NCBI GenBank assembly: GCA_965235115.1
Contig: OZ249442.1
Span: forward strand, 6,448,001-6,512,000
DNA: 64,000 nucleotides
Source of the DNA: Laetmonice hystrix
Taxonomy: Eukaryota
Direction: 5' to 3'
Position 1 is the first letter of the stretch. Every line of letters starts with the position of its first letter. The position numbers were made by a program, and so were the translations under genes. Below, one piece after another: positions 24,930 to 37,519 of the stretch. Under the pieces are notes generated by a model. That model was not told where the DNA came from. It did no database searches and saw nothing but the letters and a program-made list of their open reading frames with translations.

Positions 24930-26391
24930 CTAAAGCACGGTTTTATACTTCTTGATGACATCACGACAGAATCTGATTGGTTTGTCTGAAGGATTGGGAA
25001 CAGATACGAACCGCGCTGATAGGCTGGTAATGTCGGAAGGCGCTTGGCTGGCCCAGATATGGGAAACCGAAAGTGATTGAATGAAATCTCTTCAGATCGG
25101 AAACCAATCGTACAAGTTGGCCTGCGATTTGATAAATGGGAGGATAAAAGAATTCGATGTATCATCATGTTTTCCTGAACTTGGAACATCATTAAGGGCA
25201 TAGAAGAATCTATACATAGCTGGGTACGAACCCCTTTCAAAGTGTTTGTAAATGTTTGTTATGAGGGGAGGGGGGTTGTTTGATGTAAGCCTGTATGAAC
25301 AGTAGGCCTACATGGTGATACCCGTGCCCTGAATGAGGCATGGTATAACCATGAATTGATGAAGTGTGCCTGTCGACGCGTGACCTCCTGGGACATTGTG
25401 GAGGCCGTGACTGTCGTCACAGACTCTCAACCACCAGCGTCGGTTATCAAGTCACAACCCGCCGCAGTCGTTGCCATTGTGTCTGACACACAGGTGAGAA
25501 CGTCCTAGAATGGGAGGCAAGACAAACATTGTGTATAACAACCAGTGTAGAAACCACTGGGGAGGAGATGTATGAATCGTGCGAGCTCCATCTATAGGTG
25601 GGGTGAAGTCAGTTTATACAGTCCTCATGTAGTATACATCTCGAGAGGGATCGGTTACGTCAGATAACACGACACAGGTGCGTGCCTAAAAAGATAATGC
25701 CGTCCGTCCACATATCCCCCCCCCCCCCCAGCCCCCCCCCCCCCCCCAGCTCCCATTTCCGAGTTTCTGGGCAAGACTCAGCTTGTTGCTGATTCAAACC
25801 TGATCGACCATGTACGTTGAGCAGTCTCGGGAGACCTTGTCAAGTCTGCTGACCTCCTTTGAGTGCCCCTCAACCATGAACTGATGGTCAATAGGCCGAC
25901 GTAACGAGGTCGTTGCTATGTAGTATGACGTAGTTATCAGGGGGAATTCCTAAAGTGTTCTAATAATAGCAGTGGTGACTAACGGGGCAAGCTTCCAAGA
26001 TGCTCAGTTTGTGTGAACATCTTGACATCCGAGTTTAACTTTCAGTTGTCTGTGTAACGCAACCGAAACACAGGTGAAAATCTGAAGTGGAGACACACGA
26101 ATCGGGAAAGTGAAGGACAAGGTAACACACCTTTTGTAGAAAGCTACCGCTACGGCTGTGACTAGAAGTAAGTTGTGTCGCTACCTTCTACTTTTGATAT
26201 CAGGGTCTCCCAATCAATCAATAAATACCTGTGACTACAGGTAGTGTAACATTCAAACGGGTATTAGCACCGACACGGTCACAATGGCACACGGACATAC
26301 AGGTAGATTAGACGTTATGGTATAGTGATGAACATGTTTGGTATGGTTTACATGAAGGATAGGCTATAGACGGGGATGAAGTCAGTGAGGT

Positions 26392-26746
26392 TAGTTTACT
26401 GAGTTCGGTATCTTTTACTGAGTTCGGTATCGTTTACTGAGTGCGGTATCGTTTACTGAGTTCGGTATCTTTTACTGAGTTCGGTATCGTTTACTGAGTG
26501 CGGTATCGTTTACTGAGTGCGGTATCGTTTACTGAGTTCGGTATCGTTTACTGAGCGGTGCGGTATCGTTTACTGAGTTCGGTATCGTTTACTGAGCGGT
26601 GCGGTATCGTTTACTGAGTTCGGTATCGTTTACTGAGTACTGTATCGTTTACTGAGTGCGGTATCGTTTACTGAGTTCGGTATCGTTTACCGAGTGCGGT
26701 ATCGTTTACTGAGTGCGGTATTTGTTTACTGAGTGCGGTATCGTTT
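26392..26746. repeat. Minisatellite, 19 bp unit, ~18 copies
   Basis: GTTTACTGAGTKCGGTATC. Confidence 0.95.
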
Positions 26747-27127
26747 AGGGATGGCCACATAATTCGCAGTAGAGAACACTTCACGTGAAGATGTACGTTA
26801 AAGGTTGGTCATCTAGGAACCAGCGTTTTCACACACAGTTGTGAAAGGAATGTAAGTCCGCCGGACCTGAATTGCCTGGGTATGCGGTCCTAGGTCATCA
26901 ACTTCCTGGTAGAACAGGATAATACAAATACAAATGGATTAGGGTTATGGTTAGGATTAGTGATATGATGATTATGATGATGAAGACATATTTATATAAT
27001 ACAACATCACGAACTTCACGTCCTCGGAATGCAGGTGCTTCGGACTTATATTTCAGGGACCTGCATTTCAGGGGGACTTGGAAATCTTTACGCCGGCACG
27101 GATGGACGAACCTTAGTCTCCCTCGTA

Positions 27128-27360
27128 CGGTGGCTTGGAAAGGACATGACTTCAATTTATTCGAGTTGGGAAGTCGAACGCTCGAGTTGGTACGTCGAGC
27201 GCTCGACTTATTAACTCGAGCGTTCGAGTTAATAAGTCGAGCGCTGGAGTTGGTAAGTCGAGCGCTCGACTTATTAACTCGAGCGCTCGACTTAATTATC
27301 TGGAGCGCTCGAGATAATATTGGAAAAATAAAATCATGTGATGTCCTTCCCAAGCCACCG
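27128..27360. mobile_element. Tc1/mariner-type MITE with palindromic internal repeats
   Basis: TA|CGGTGGCTTGGAAAGGACAT...ATGTCCTTCCCAAGCCACCG|TA; interior made of ~21-bp GTCGAGCGCTCGAC-type units. Confidence 0.8.
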
Positions 27361-27582
27361 TACCCCAGAGATGTTGACAGTGTCAAGATCCCTGGCCTCC
27401 CCTACCAAAGTTATTCTATCTTAGTGGGTCATCATTGGGATTTTGATATTGACCTGTTTCTCTTCGTGGGACACAATGGAATCCGGTGCTTTAATCTATC
27501 AGGGTTTAAGTAGGCAATTTACTTAATCCATGAGGATGGAGACCAAGTCCTGCACATAATGCAGTCTTACCCAGAACCCACT

Positions 27583-27973
27583 CACTATGGGTATAATAGT
27601 GAACGTTACGGGTATAATAGTGAACGTTACGGGTATAATAGTGAACACTATGGGTATAATAGTGAACACTATGGGTATAATAGTGAACATGACGGGTATA
27701 ATAGTGAACATGACGGGTATAATAGTGAACATGACGGGTATAATAGTGAACATGACGGGTATAATAGTGAACACTATGGGTATAATAGTGAACACTATGG
27801 GTATAATAATGAACATGACGGGTATAATAGTGAACACTATGGGTATAATAGTGAACATGACGGGTATAATAGTGAACACTATGGGTATAATAGTGAACAT
27901 GACGGGTATAATAGTGAACACTATGGGTATAATAGTGAACATGACGGGTATAGTAGTGAACACTATAGTGAAC
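27583..27973. repeat. Minisatellite, 21 bp unit, ~18 copies
   Basis: GGGTATAATAGTGAAC + GTTAC/ACTAT/ATGAC variants. Confidence 0.95.
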
Positions 27974-28003
27974 ACAACACAAACACAACACAAAGTGATT
28001 TAC

Positions 28004-28114
28004 AACCGATCGTGGGATCCACATATACAAGACGTTCTGCTGAAGATCGGCCGGGATTATGAGAATTCGGCCGGCTCTCCAAATGTGGTAAAAATTGGCG
28101 ATGTGGATTTGGGC
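28004..28114 (-). CDS. Weaker candidate upstream exon of the - strand gene (111 nt, phase 0 to 0)
   Basis: Weak acceptor GACTAAAG| and GTT|GTAAAT donor; AQIHIANFYHIWRAGRILIIPADLQQNVLYMWIPRSV is phase-compatible with exon A. Confidence 0.28.
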
Positions 28115-28912
28115 CTTTAGTCATCCAGGAAGGACATTTCCACCGGAAAGTAAAAGTAAACACGGGTTTTAATCACAGGAAAACGATCATACTTGCACCC
28201 AATTAAGGCTAAAAGATGAATATCTTCTATGTGATGTTTTCCAACATCCCAATGGTCATTCAAGAGGAAGAAGTTCGATACTTTCTGTTCAACCTTCCTT
28301 TTTAAACTCTGTCAGACTGTTTCCTGTTTCTTACAGTTCTGTAAAGTCATCTCGGACCATGAATTCAGATTTACCACACCTGTAGGCAGAGTCTAGTGTT
28401 TGTCGACGATCTCTTTACATGATCCGCCCTGGAAAATGTCCCCCAGGGCTAATTGTAAATAATAAGAGGAAATGCAGGCGTGCCTTTGTAATGTTGATGT
28501 TGGTGAGGTTGTTTGGATCATAAATGATTTGGTTGGCTGGGCACCATCACGACTGGGGGTTGAGAAGGGGTCACAATACCTCTGAGGGACAGGAAGGCAA
28601 CAGGAGAAACCCTGTGTCCATCCACCCCACCCCCTTCAACACGTCCTGGACCGTAACACCCTCCCTCACCCCCCACCCGCAACACGTCCTGCCCCAGTGC
28701 AGACTGCCCGTGGTTAGACTTGTGGGCGGCTGCTTCGTGATTCCAACCCGGTGATGGCGGGTAGCCTGGCAATAAACCGCCCACGGTAACACCTGGTGTG
28801 GGTCAGGTAAGTCAGATCCTAGGTCACCCACCGGGCAAGGTCGTCACAGGAACATTAAGGTGTACCAAGGGGATATCAAGGCTGATATAGCATCGGCTGG
28901 GAAAGGGAGGCA

Positions 28913-29320
28913 TTGTCTGAAACATGAGGTCCTTGACAACAATACCTAAAATAGCTGGGGACGGGGAGGCGATGTCTGAAAAATGAGGTCCTTACCAAAA
29001 ATAGCTAACATAGGCTGGGACCGGGGAGGTGATGTCTGAAACATGAGGTCCTTGACAACAATAGCTAACATAGACAGGGACCGGGGAGGTGATGTCTGAA
29101 ACATGAGGTCCTTGACAACAATAGCTAACATAGCCAGGGACGGGGAGGCGATGTCTGAAACATGAGGTCCTTACCAACAATAGCTAACATGGGCAGAGAC
29201 CGGGGAGGTGATGTCTGAGAAATGAGGTCCTTACCAACAATAGCTAACATGGGCAGAGACCGGGGAGGTGATGTCTGAAACATGAGGTCCTTGACAAAAA
29301 TACCTAACATAGACAGGGAC
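28913..29320. repeat. Minisatellite, 59-60 bp unit, ~7 copies
   Basis: ATGTCTGAAACATGAGGTCCTTGACAACAATAGCTAACATAG...GGGGAGGTG. Confidence 0.93.
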
Positions 29321-30006
29321 CTTTAAATTCTTTTAACTTTTTTAAGGGTAGGAACAATTTTTGAACCTCGTAAAATAACCCATCATATCCTAAAATGCAC
29401 AGAATTCCAAAATTTTGAAACACTAAATTGTAAAATTTTCCAGCAGCTGCACTTGCAAAATATTTCAAATCTAATCTGGAACAGGGTCTCTTGGTTCAGT
29501 ATTCTATATTGCTTTATTCTAGATTCATTTTAATAAGTTCTTTCTAAATTTGACTGGCTGATCAGTCTGCGTCTAGTCAGTATATTTTCTAGAAATCACG
29601 CCATCACCAAATATTGTGTACAGTCAACAAATTCCCCACCAAAGATCCGGATTCCATACACTCTTTTTCTCTAAAAAAATCATATCCCCAGAATGTTGAG
29701 GTCACTAAATCAATTGAGGTCACTTCGCAACGGATTTGCGTGAGCCCCACATTTGTATCATTGAACGTAAGTATGGTAAATAATCCATACAGAAGTGAGT
29801 TGAACCAAAACCAGTGGATATATTACAACTTATAATCATAGAAATATGGATATTGGCCTTTCCTATGTTTAAACTTCATGAAAGGTCTAGGGATATTCCT
29901 TTAAAATTCCTTTATTTTTCTCAGAAATTGACATAAATTCTTGTGTTTTTCTGGACAAAAATTCCTTTAAATTCCTTTATTTTTTTGGATGGTGGTAGGA
30001 TGCCTG
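29320..30006. mobile_element. AT-rich degraded DNA-transposon remnant
   Basis: Repeated AATTCCTTTA motifs at both ends and a GGTAGGATGCCTG terminus resembling hAT MITE ends; other terminus missing. Confidence 0.25.
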
Positions 30007-33000
30007 GTGACGTCAAATAGGAGCAACATACCGGAAGTGGGGGATGATATCTGAATGAAAAAGTTTTATTCATGCACCTTTTTGTTATTTCTCCTGGCTT
30101 CTTTTATAAGGAACCATGGACCCAGAGCAATTACTCGCCGGTGGGGGTTGAGGGACAGTTCATCGATATCCTAGAACGAAGTACTCAAATAGTGCAGCCA
30201 TAAAATGGTGACGACTGCTGTAATAGTACCAAGTGTGACGTCAAGTGCTCACCACAAGCAGACGATCTCAGTCTGCCGACTGTAACCTGTACTGACGTGA
30301 GCGGAATGCTTACCTGGCGAACACTCTTTTTTTAAACAGCTCTCCGAAAGGAGGAAACGCTGGTTAGGTGATCAGAGTATGTTTTCATCTTCCGTAGTGG
30401 GAGGGCAGTACCTGGTTCTGTGAATGATTCAGGTTGGACGGTCTGTGTACATTAGGGCGTGCCGCTGTGGTATATAGAGCATGCTGATGCTAGGTCTGAG
30501 TAAGACGATGGCTCCGACTGGCAGCAGCCTGTCTCACCCTGGCACACTGTCACATGGACAGGCCTTGTTTGTGTTCGCAGTTTGGGTGTGGCTGTCCCCC
30601 AAACATGGCCATCTCAGTCGTTTTATTTGACCAGGTATGGAAGGCGCACGGCACTGATCTATGAGGGGGGTAGTTGGAACGTTTAAATGATTTTTGTATC
30701 AGTCACACGGCATGTTCGTGTCAAATTGTTCAAGATGTTTTTGGTATTGTCTTAGAACATGGTGTCCCTCTTGGCATCGTGACTGCAGGGACGCCTTGGC
30801 TGAGTCATTGTGGGAAAATTGCGACGTTTCTATATATTTTGCTGATGCATAAAATAATGCCGGTTGAATGTTGGATTATGTAAAGAGTGATGTTGGTGTT
30901 TGGTGTTGGATTATATAAATAATGATGTTGGTGTTTGGTGTTGGATTATATAAATAATGATGTTGGTGTTTGGTGTTGGTGTATTTGTTGTCGAGCTACA
31001 GCCATTGGACCCGCACCCATAGATGATGATGACAACGTCATTCAATAAAAACCAACCCCCTCACAAAGTAGAAATAGAGCCAGCTATTTGTTATTTTGAA
31101 GATTTCCAACTATTACAAGTTTCCGTAAGAAAAGCTCATGAGTCTGTAATAAATACCGACGTAATGACTTAGAGTGGTGAGGTATGAGATTCACTCAGCA
31201 TTGATAATGTAGGTATGATTCACGGAGACAGCTTGCCTGGCTCAGGGTGGGAGGGACTCGATCCGAGATACCATCAGGTCAGAGGTGAGAAAGTTTGCTC
31301 ATACCGAGATAGGGACTCGGGGAGATGTACTCAGCTAACAATCAACCAACAGGTGCGACTCGTATGTTTGACTCAGGTGTGATCATAGAGTGAGGTCCAG
31401 CGATGTTTACAGGTAGGGGGGGGGGGGCGTTCGGCTTTGATTGAGCACTGCCAAATTGAGAGCTTGTATACCGGAGTTTGTTTGAGGGACGTTGGCAAGC
31501 AGCTCAGTGCAGTTGGCCGCCGCGGCCAGCGCTGAGCTCACAGTGAGGCTGGCGATCTCAGACATCATGGACCGGGTTTGATCGGTGACAAACAGAGGAC
31601 ACAGGAAGCCTGCAGGCGACGGTCCAGTCAGTGGACCGACCGGCGGATTTAACTATTGGACCCACCACCCACCATTTGACCGACATGCTGGTCCAACCTC
31701 ACCTTGGACCGTCTCGATAGCATCCATATATGGCAAACCATCCTTTGCCGACATTCACCGCGACCTCAGGTATACCTCATCTTTATGTAAATCATCTTTA
31801 TGTAAATCACCTTTATGTAAATATCTGAGACGGTTGTGTTTATGTAACACTATTGGATTTCTCGGATATTTATTATTTCCAGTTCTGCTACCTTTATAAT
31901 GGTTCTATATTATACTAAGGTGATATTTTGTTTGAGAAGTTGGAGTGGGAAGTTGCGAGGCTCGTTAAACAAGCGTGGATGGAATGTAGACCATGTAGCT
32001 TGGATTGTGCTAAGTGGCACGGTAAAAGGATCAAAGAATCTGCACGCTGCCTGTGCTGATCCTGAAGGCCGCACGCCCGGTCCCAGTACCGTACAGCTCT
32101 GCGTGCATGCTTGGATAGTTGCTCAAGGTGAGCGTCGGCCTAACGACCTGCCATCTCCGTGCAGGCTGCAGGCTGCAGGACCAGGCGCTGGACGGGCAGT
32201 GTGGTCCACGTCATGAGGGTACGGTTCAGTGGATGCAAACATTGGTGGGCGGTCTGCAGGCAGCAGGAGGGCGGGCGGGCGGGCAGGTAGGGGGGGGGGC
32301 GGGTTGGCGGCAGGCCGGCAGGCAACTCCCGACATCCGCCCGCCTGCTGCCGGCTCTGGATCAGGTCCGGACCTGCCCCAGGACGGGGATGTCGTGGTAT
32401 TCTCAGCAACAGGTCTCGGCCTAAGTCTGTCCGATCCTGGGCGGCCCCCGCCGCCTGCCGCCCGAGTCGAAGGCCGCTCTCCCTTGAAGGCACCTTGCCC
32501 GCGGCAAGCTGGACCCACCTGGTACGATTCTTTTCAAGAACACGTCCCCATATAAATCATCACCTCCCCCATCTCCGCACACTAACTCTAACCACAGGCT
32601 GCAGCTTTTTCCACTTGCCTGGTGGAGAAGAAAAAACTTTTATACCTGTTAACATGAGATGCAGAGGCAGAAACGCTTCCTGAACTTTTTGTCGTTCGTA
32701 ACTCATGCATACCACACAAAAGATGAAAGATATGCGCGGTTTTAGATTCCCAGGATGCTTTCATGGAAAAGCATCCTGTGGGATCTTCAAAGAAAAGAGT
32801 CGACCTTTTATGAAAGATCGTCTGAAATGGTGATTTGCATTGATGAAATCCTTGGGGCAGTTTTCCTGATGTCGGCAGTAGTTTGGGGGCAGATGGATGG
32901 AAAAACAATCTGGCTGCTACCATGGAACATCCTGTCGTTTAGTGTGCATGGAGCACTGCAAGGACTTCCTTGTTCTCATCGTACAGTGAACAGAAAGGAA

Positions 33001-33139
33001 ACTGCTTGATGCATGCAAGTTTGTCAACATGAAACGAGTGCAGACCGTTGCTGTGACTGGAGGGGTAAACGACTAATATTAAGTGAGCCTACACACGCAT
33101 AACTAGCGTCACGTAGCGGCGGGAGTGGGCAGTTCACCG

Positions 33140-34288
33140 TTAATAATGGTGATGTCTGCTGTAGTTAGTGGACAGGATTGTGTGGGTTGATAATGGTGAT
33201 GTCTGCTGTAGTTAGTGGACAGGATGGTGTGGGTTGGTAATGGTGATGTCTGCTGTAGTTAGTGGACAGGATGGTGTAGGTTGGTAATGGTGATGTCTGC
33301 TGTAGTTAGTGGACAGGATGGTGTAGGTTGGTAATGGTGATGTCTGCCGTAGTTAGTGGACAGGATGGTGTAGGTTGGTAATGGTGATGTCTGCCGTAGT
33401 TAGTGGACAGGATGGTGTAGGTTGGTAATGGTGATGTCTGCTGTAGTTAGTGGACAGGATGGTGTAGGTTGGTAATGGTGATGTCTGCTGTAGTTAGTGG
33501 ACATGCTGGGGTTGGTTGATAATGGTGATGTCTGCTGTAGTTAGTGGACAGGATGGTGTAGGATGGTAATGGTGATGTCTGCTGTAGTTAGTGGACATGC
33601 TGGGGTTGGTTGATAATGGTGATGTCTGCTGTAGTTAGTGGACATGCTGGGGTTGGTTAATAATGGTGATGTCTGCTGTAGTTAGTGGACAGAATGGTGT
33701 GGGTTGATAATGGTGATGTCTGCTGTAGTTAGTGGACAGGATGGTGTGGGTTGATAATGGTGATGTCTGCTGTAGTTAGTGGACAGGATGGTGTGGGTTG
33801 ATAATGGTGATGTCTGCTGTAGTTAGTGGACATGCTGGGGTTGGTTGATAATGGTGATGTCTGCTGTAGTTAGTGGACAGGATGGTGTAGGTTGATAATG
33901 GTGATGTCTGCTGTAGTTAGGGGACAGGATGGTGTGGGTTGATAATGGTGATGTCTGCTGTAGTTAGTGGACAGGATGGTGTAGGATGGTAATGGTGATG
34001 TCTGCTGTAGTTAGTGGACAGGATGGTGTAGGTTGGTAATGGTGATGTCTGCTGTAGTTAGTGGACATGCTGGGGTTGGTTGATAGTGGTGATGTCTGCT
34101 GTAGTTAGTGGACAGGGTGGTGTAGGTTGGTAATGGTGATGTCTGCTGTAGTTAGTGGACAGGATGGTGTAGGTTGGTAATGGTGATGTACTGCTGTAGT
34201 TAGTGGACAGGATGGTGTGGGTTGATAATGGTGATGTCTGCTGTAGTTAGTGGACAGGATGGTATAGGTTGGTAATGGTGATGTCTGC
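33140..34288. repeat. Minisatellite, ~47 bp unit, ~24 copies
   Basis: TAATGGTGATGTCTGCTGTAGTTAGTGGACAGGATGGTGTAGGTTGG, with a CATGCTGGGGTTGG variant. Confidence 0.96.
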
Positions 34289-34726
34289 GCCGGTTTTGGC
34301 TGGCTGCCTGGTCTCTGACACGATAATCCTAGTCTAGCGGATTCCGAACCTGTCAGGGCAGGACCACCTCGAGCACAGCGGTAACTTTGAGTATAAGATT
34401 AAAACCTAGCCACGGCCCGCACGGCTGTCTGGCACCTTGTGCGGCTGCTGCAGCAGTCAAAGAACCCACATTAAACACTGTGCACTGGGTGTCAAATGAC
34501 CCGGTCGGTCGTTTATGGGAAGTAGGCCTACACATGTAAACATGCAATATTGATGTCGTGTACCGAGAAAAAAAGGTTCCCACTACCTTGTTGCCAACAA
34601 GAGAATGGTATTCTTAAAATCGTCGTGAAAAGAGTTCCCTTTTCTTTGATCCACCTTCACGCCAGTGCTGAGAGATGTGGTGGATTATGGGTCATTGAAA
34701 TCACCTAGCACTAGCAAGTTTTACGT

Positions 34727-35377
34727 TAGGATAGCGTGACTGTAATGAGAACCAGGATAGCGTGACTATAATGAGAACCAGGATACCGTGACTATAATGA
34801 GAACCAGGATACCGTGACTATAATGAGAACCAGGATAGCGTGACTATAATGAGAACCAGGATACCGTGACTGTAATGAGAACCAGGATACCGTGACTATA
34901 ATGAGAACCAGGATACCGTGACTATAATGAGAACCAGGATAGCGTGACTATAATGAGAACCAGGATACCGTGACTGTAATGAGAACCAGGATACCGTGAC
35001 TATAATGAGAACCAGGATAGCGTGACTATAATGAGAACCAGGATACCGTGACTATAATGAGAACCAGGATAGCGTGACTATAATGAGAACCAGGATACCG
35101 TGACTATAATGAGAACCAGGATACTGTGACTATAATGAGAACCAGGATACTGTGACTATAATGAGAACCAGGACACCGTGACTATAATGAGAACCAGGAT
35201 ACCATGATTATAATGAGAACCAGGATACCGTGACTATAATGAGAACCAGGATACCGTGACTATAATGAGAACCAGGATACCGTGACTGTAATGAGAACCA
35301 GGATACCGTGACTATAATGAGAACCAGGATACCATGATTATAATGAGAACCAGGATACTGTGACTGTAATGAGAACC
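34727..35377. repeat. Minisatellite, 26 bp unit, ~25 copies
   Basis: GGATACCGTGACTATAATGAGAACCA. Confidence 0.96.
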
Positions 35378-36413
35378 GGAGGTGCTGGTTTGAGTTAGAA
35401 TGCTGTCTTGTTCTGTAGAGTCCGGAAGACGCTGAAGTGATGATCCGTTTTTCGAGTATTTTGACGTAGAGCAAGGCAAGAATCTGTTAGCATTGCTAAA
35501 ATAAACTCCTGAACACTTTTCTTAGAGAACGTATGATTTGAACAAACCAGAGACAAATTGAAGAATATTGTTTACCAGTTGTGACCGGTAACAGTGTGGT
35601 TGTTGTAAAATGTCTGTCTCATCTAATTACACGATGTCGGTGTATGTATATTAGTAGTTTGTGGTGAGTCTGTGGTTGGGGAGGGAGACGCCGCCATGGT
35701 GGCGGGGGGGGGGGTGCGGCGGGGACGTTCTCTCGGCACCTGTACACACAAAGGTATTCAGAATGGATGAGGTAAAGAAAAACCGGGCCGCATGGCATTC
35801 GTCAGTCCCGCCGCATCCTATACAGCCAGCCACATCAGGTTTTACAAGTCTGAATCCCTGATCAGGACGCCGTGCCTGGGGCGCTATGACCTGTAGCTCT
35901 TCTTTTTGTACTCCGATGATCTATTCTGAAAATGTACGTCGGGGGGAGGGATGAAGAGTCGGTGGGCAGGTTTTAGGTAGGCCCAGACTCAGGGACTCGG
36001 TGCACAGGAAGGAGACACTTTCCTGAGTATGTTTGACTAGCCGGCCCAGGTTAGCGGTGAGAACTAGTGGCTCGGGTACAAAGTGATGATCCCTGCACCT
36101 TCTATCATAGACTTCGGTTATAGACTGTTCCTTTGAAATCTCAGCGCTTTCAGACAGGGTTAATGTGCCTTTGATGGCATCGTCAATGTGATCTGCATTG
36201 TGGTATAAGAATGTCTTGAGGCTAGTCGTGAAGGCCACACAGAGAGAGCCTGGAGACTATGACCAGCAAACACTGTGACCTGACAGGATCCTAGACCTGC
36301 AAACACTATGACCTGACAGGATCCTAGACCTGCAAACACTCCACTGAGGCCAACGTGAATCAGGGCCGGAACATTTCTTCAGGGGATTATCACGTCTCTC
36401 GGGGATACTCTTT

Positions 36414-36805
36414 GAAATCATTTGTACAGAGAAACCGTCCTTCCAGCCAACTCATCAGGGCTGAGTAATGTCACCAAGAAATCATTTGTACGAAACCGTC
36501 CTTCCAGCCAACTCATCAGGGCTGAGTAATGTCACCAAGAAATCATTTGTACAGAGAAACCGTCCTTCCAGCCAACTCATCAGGGCTGAGTAATGTCACC
36601 AAGAAATCATTTGTACAGTGAAACCGTCCTTCCAGCCAACTCATCAGGGCTGAGTAATGTCACCAAGAAATCATTTGTACAGTGAAACCGTCCTTCCAGC
36701 CAACTCATCAGGGCTGAGTAATGTCACCAAGAAATCATTTGTACAGAGAAACCGTCCTTCCAGCCAACTCATCAGGGCTGAGTAATGTCACCAAGAAATC
36801 ATTTT
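36414..36805. repeat. Minisatellite, 64 bp unit, ~6 copies
   Basis: AAATCATTTGTACAGAGAAACCGTCCTTCCAGCCAACTCATCAGGGCTGAGTAATGTCACCAAG. Confidence 0.95.
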
Positions 36806-37519
36806 ACGAAAAGGCCCAGAATTCATCAGGTTTAGACCCTTCCCGGGATTCACTTAACATTACATTCACTTACACCGAGTGACAGTTCAAACATTCTACT
36901 TGTGGTTGACACGGGTTGTTCTTGTTTTAAAGAGCTCCGTCTACTGTAGATGCTAGACTGGATGGGTTTTTTTGACGTTTTTTTAAATTTAATTGTTCTA
37001 GGGAAACGTGTAATTGTAAGGTTCCGGTGTCTGGACCCGGCGTGTCACGCCAGACCCACCGGACTGTTCCGTCGGTGAAATCATTCCAGTATTGACAGGC
37101 ACAATTTCTTCCTCTCCGCGCAAAGTATTGTCATCAGGACCTCGCGTCCCCAACAGCCTGGGGTCATGTTCAGGGTATGTTGGAAGAGGGGCAGCGGCTG
37201 GAAATAGACTGCCCTGATTTCATGAATTCCTTCTAGGTGATGTGGGGGTTGGGGATACGACGTTTCACTGTCGGTTTGCGGGGGGTCGCACCAGTTGGTC
37301 CGTGTGGTGACTGTCGGAGTTGGGTCTGACCAACAGGTGGGTTAATTACAGGTAGAACTGAGTACAAACAGGCAGCCTCCCGCTGACCTCAGAATACCAC
37401 GCTTCACGAACATATACCTGAGCTTATCTGGCATTCATCTCTCAGTCACAGTCGGAAGTATTCAGTGTCGATGGTGGTAGAAATCATGAATGTCGTCAAC
37501 AGACAGTGAAGGACAACGG

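Noticed and set aside
30314-30362. Minus-strand mini-exon with strong CAG|GTAAGC donor (FPPFGELFKKRVFA)
   Set aside because: It joins exon A only in the alternative frame, which then hits a stop in exon C; kept as unresolved rather than called.
32119-32555. Overlapping GC-rich ORFs on both strands (also 41868-42273 and 50406-51836)
   Set aside because: High GC suppresses stops, there is no domain or consistent splice structure, and they are more likely CpG-rich non-coding DNA.
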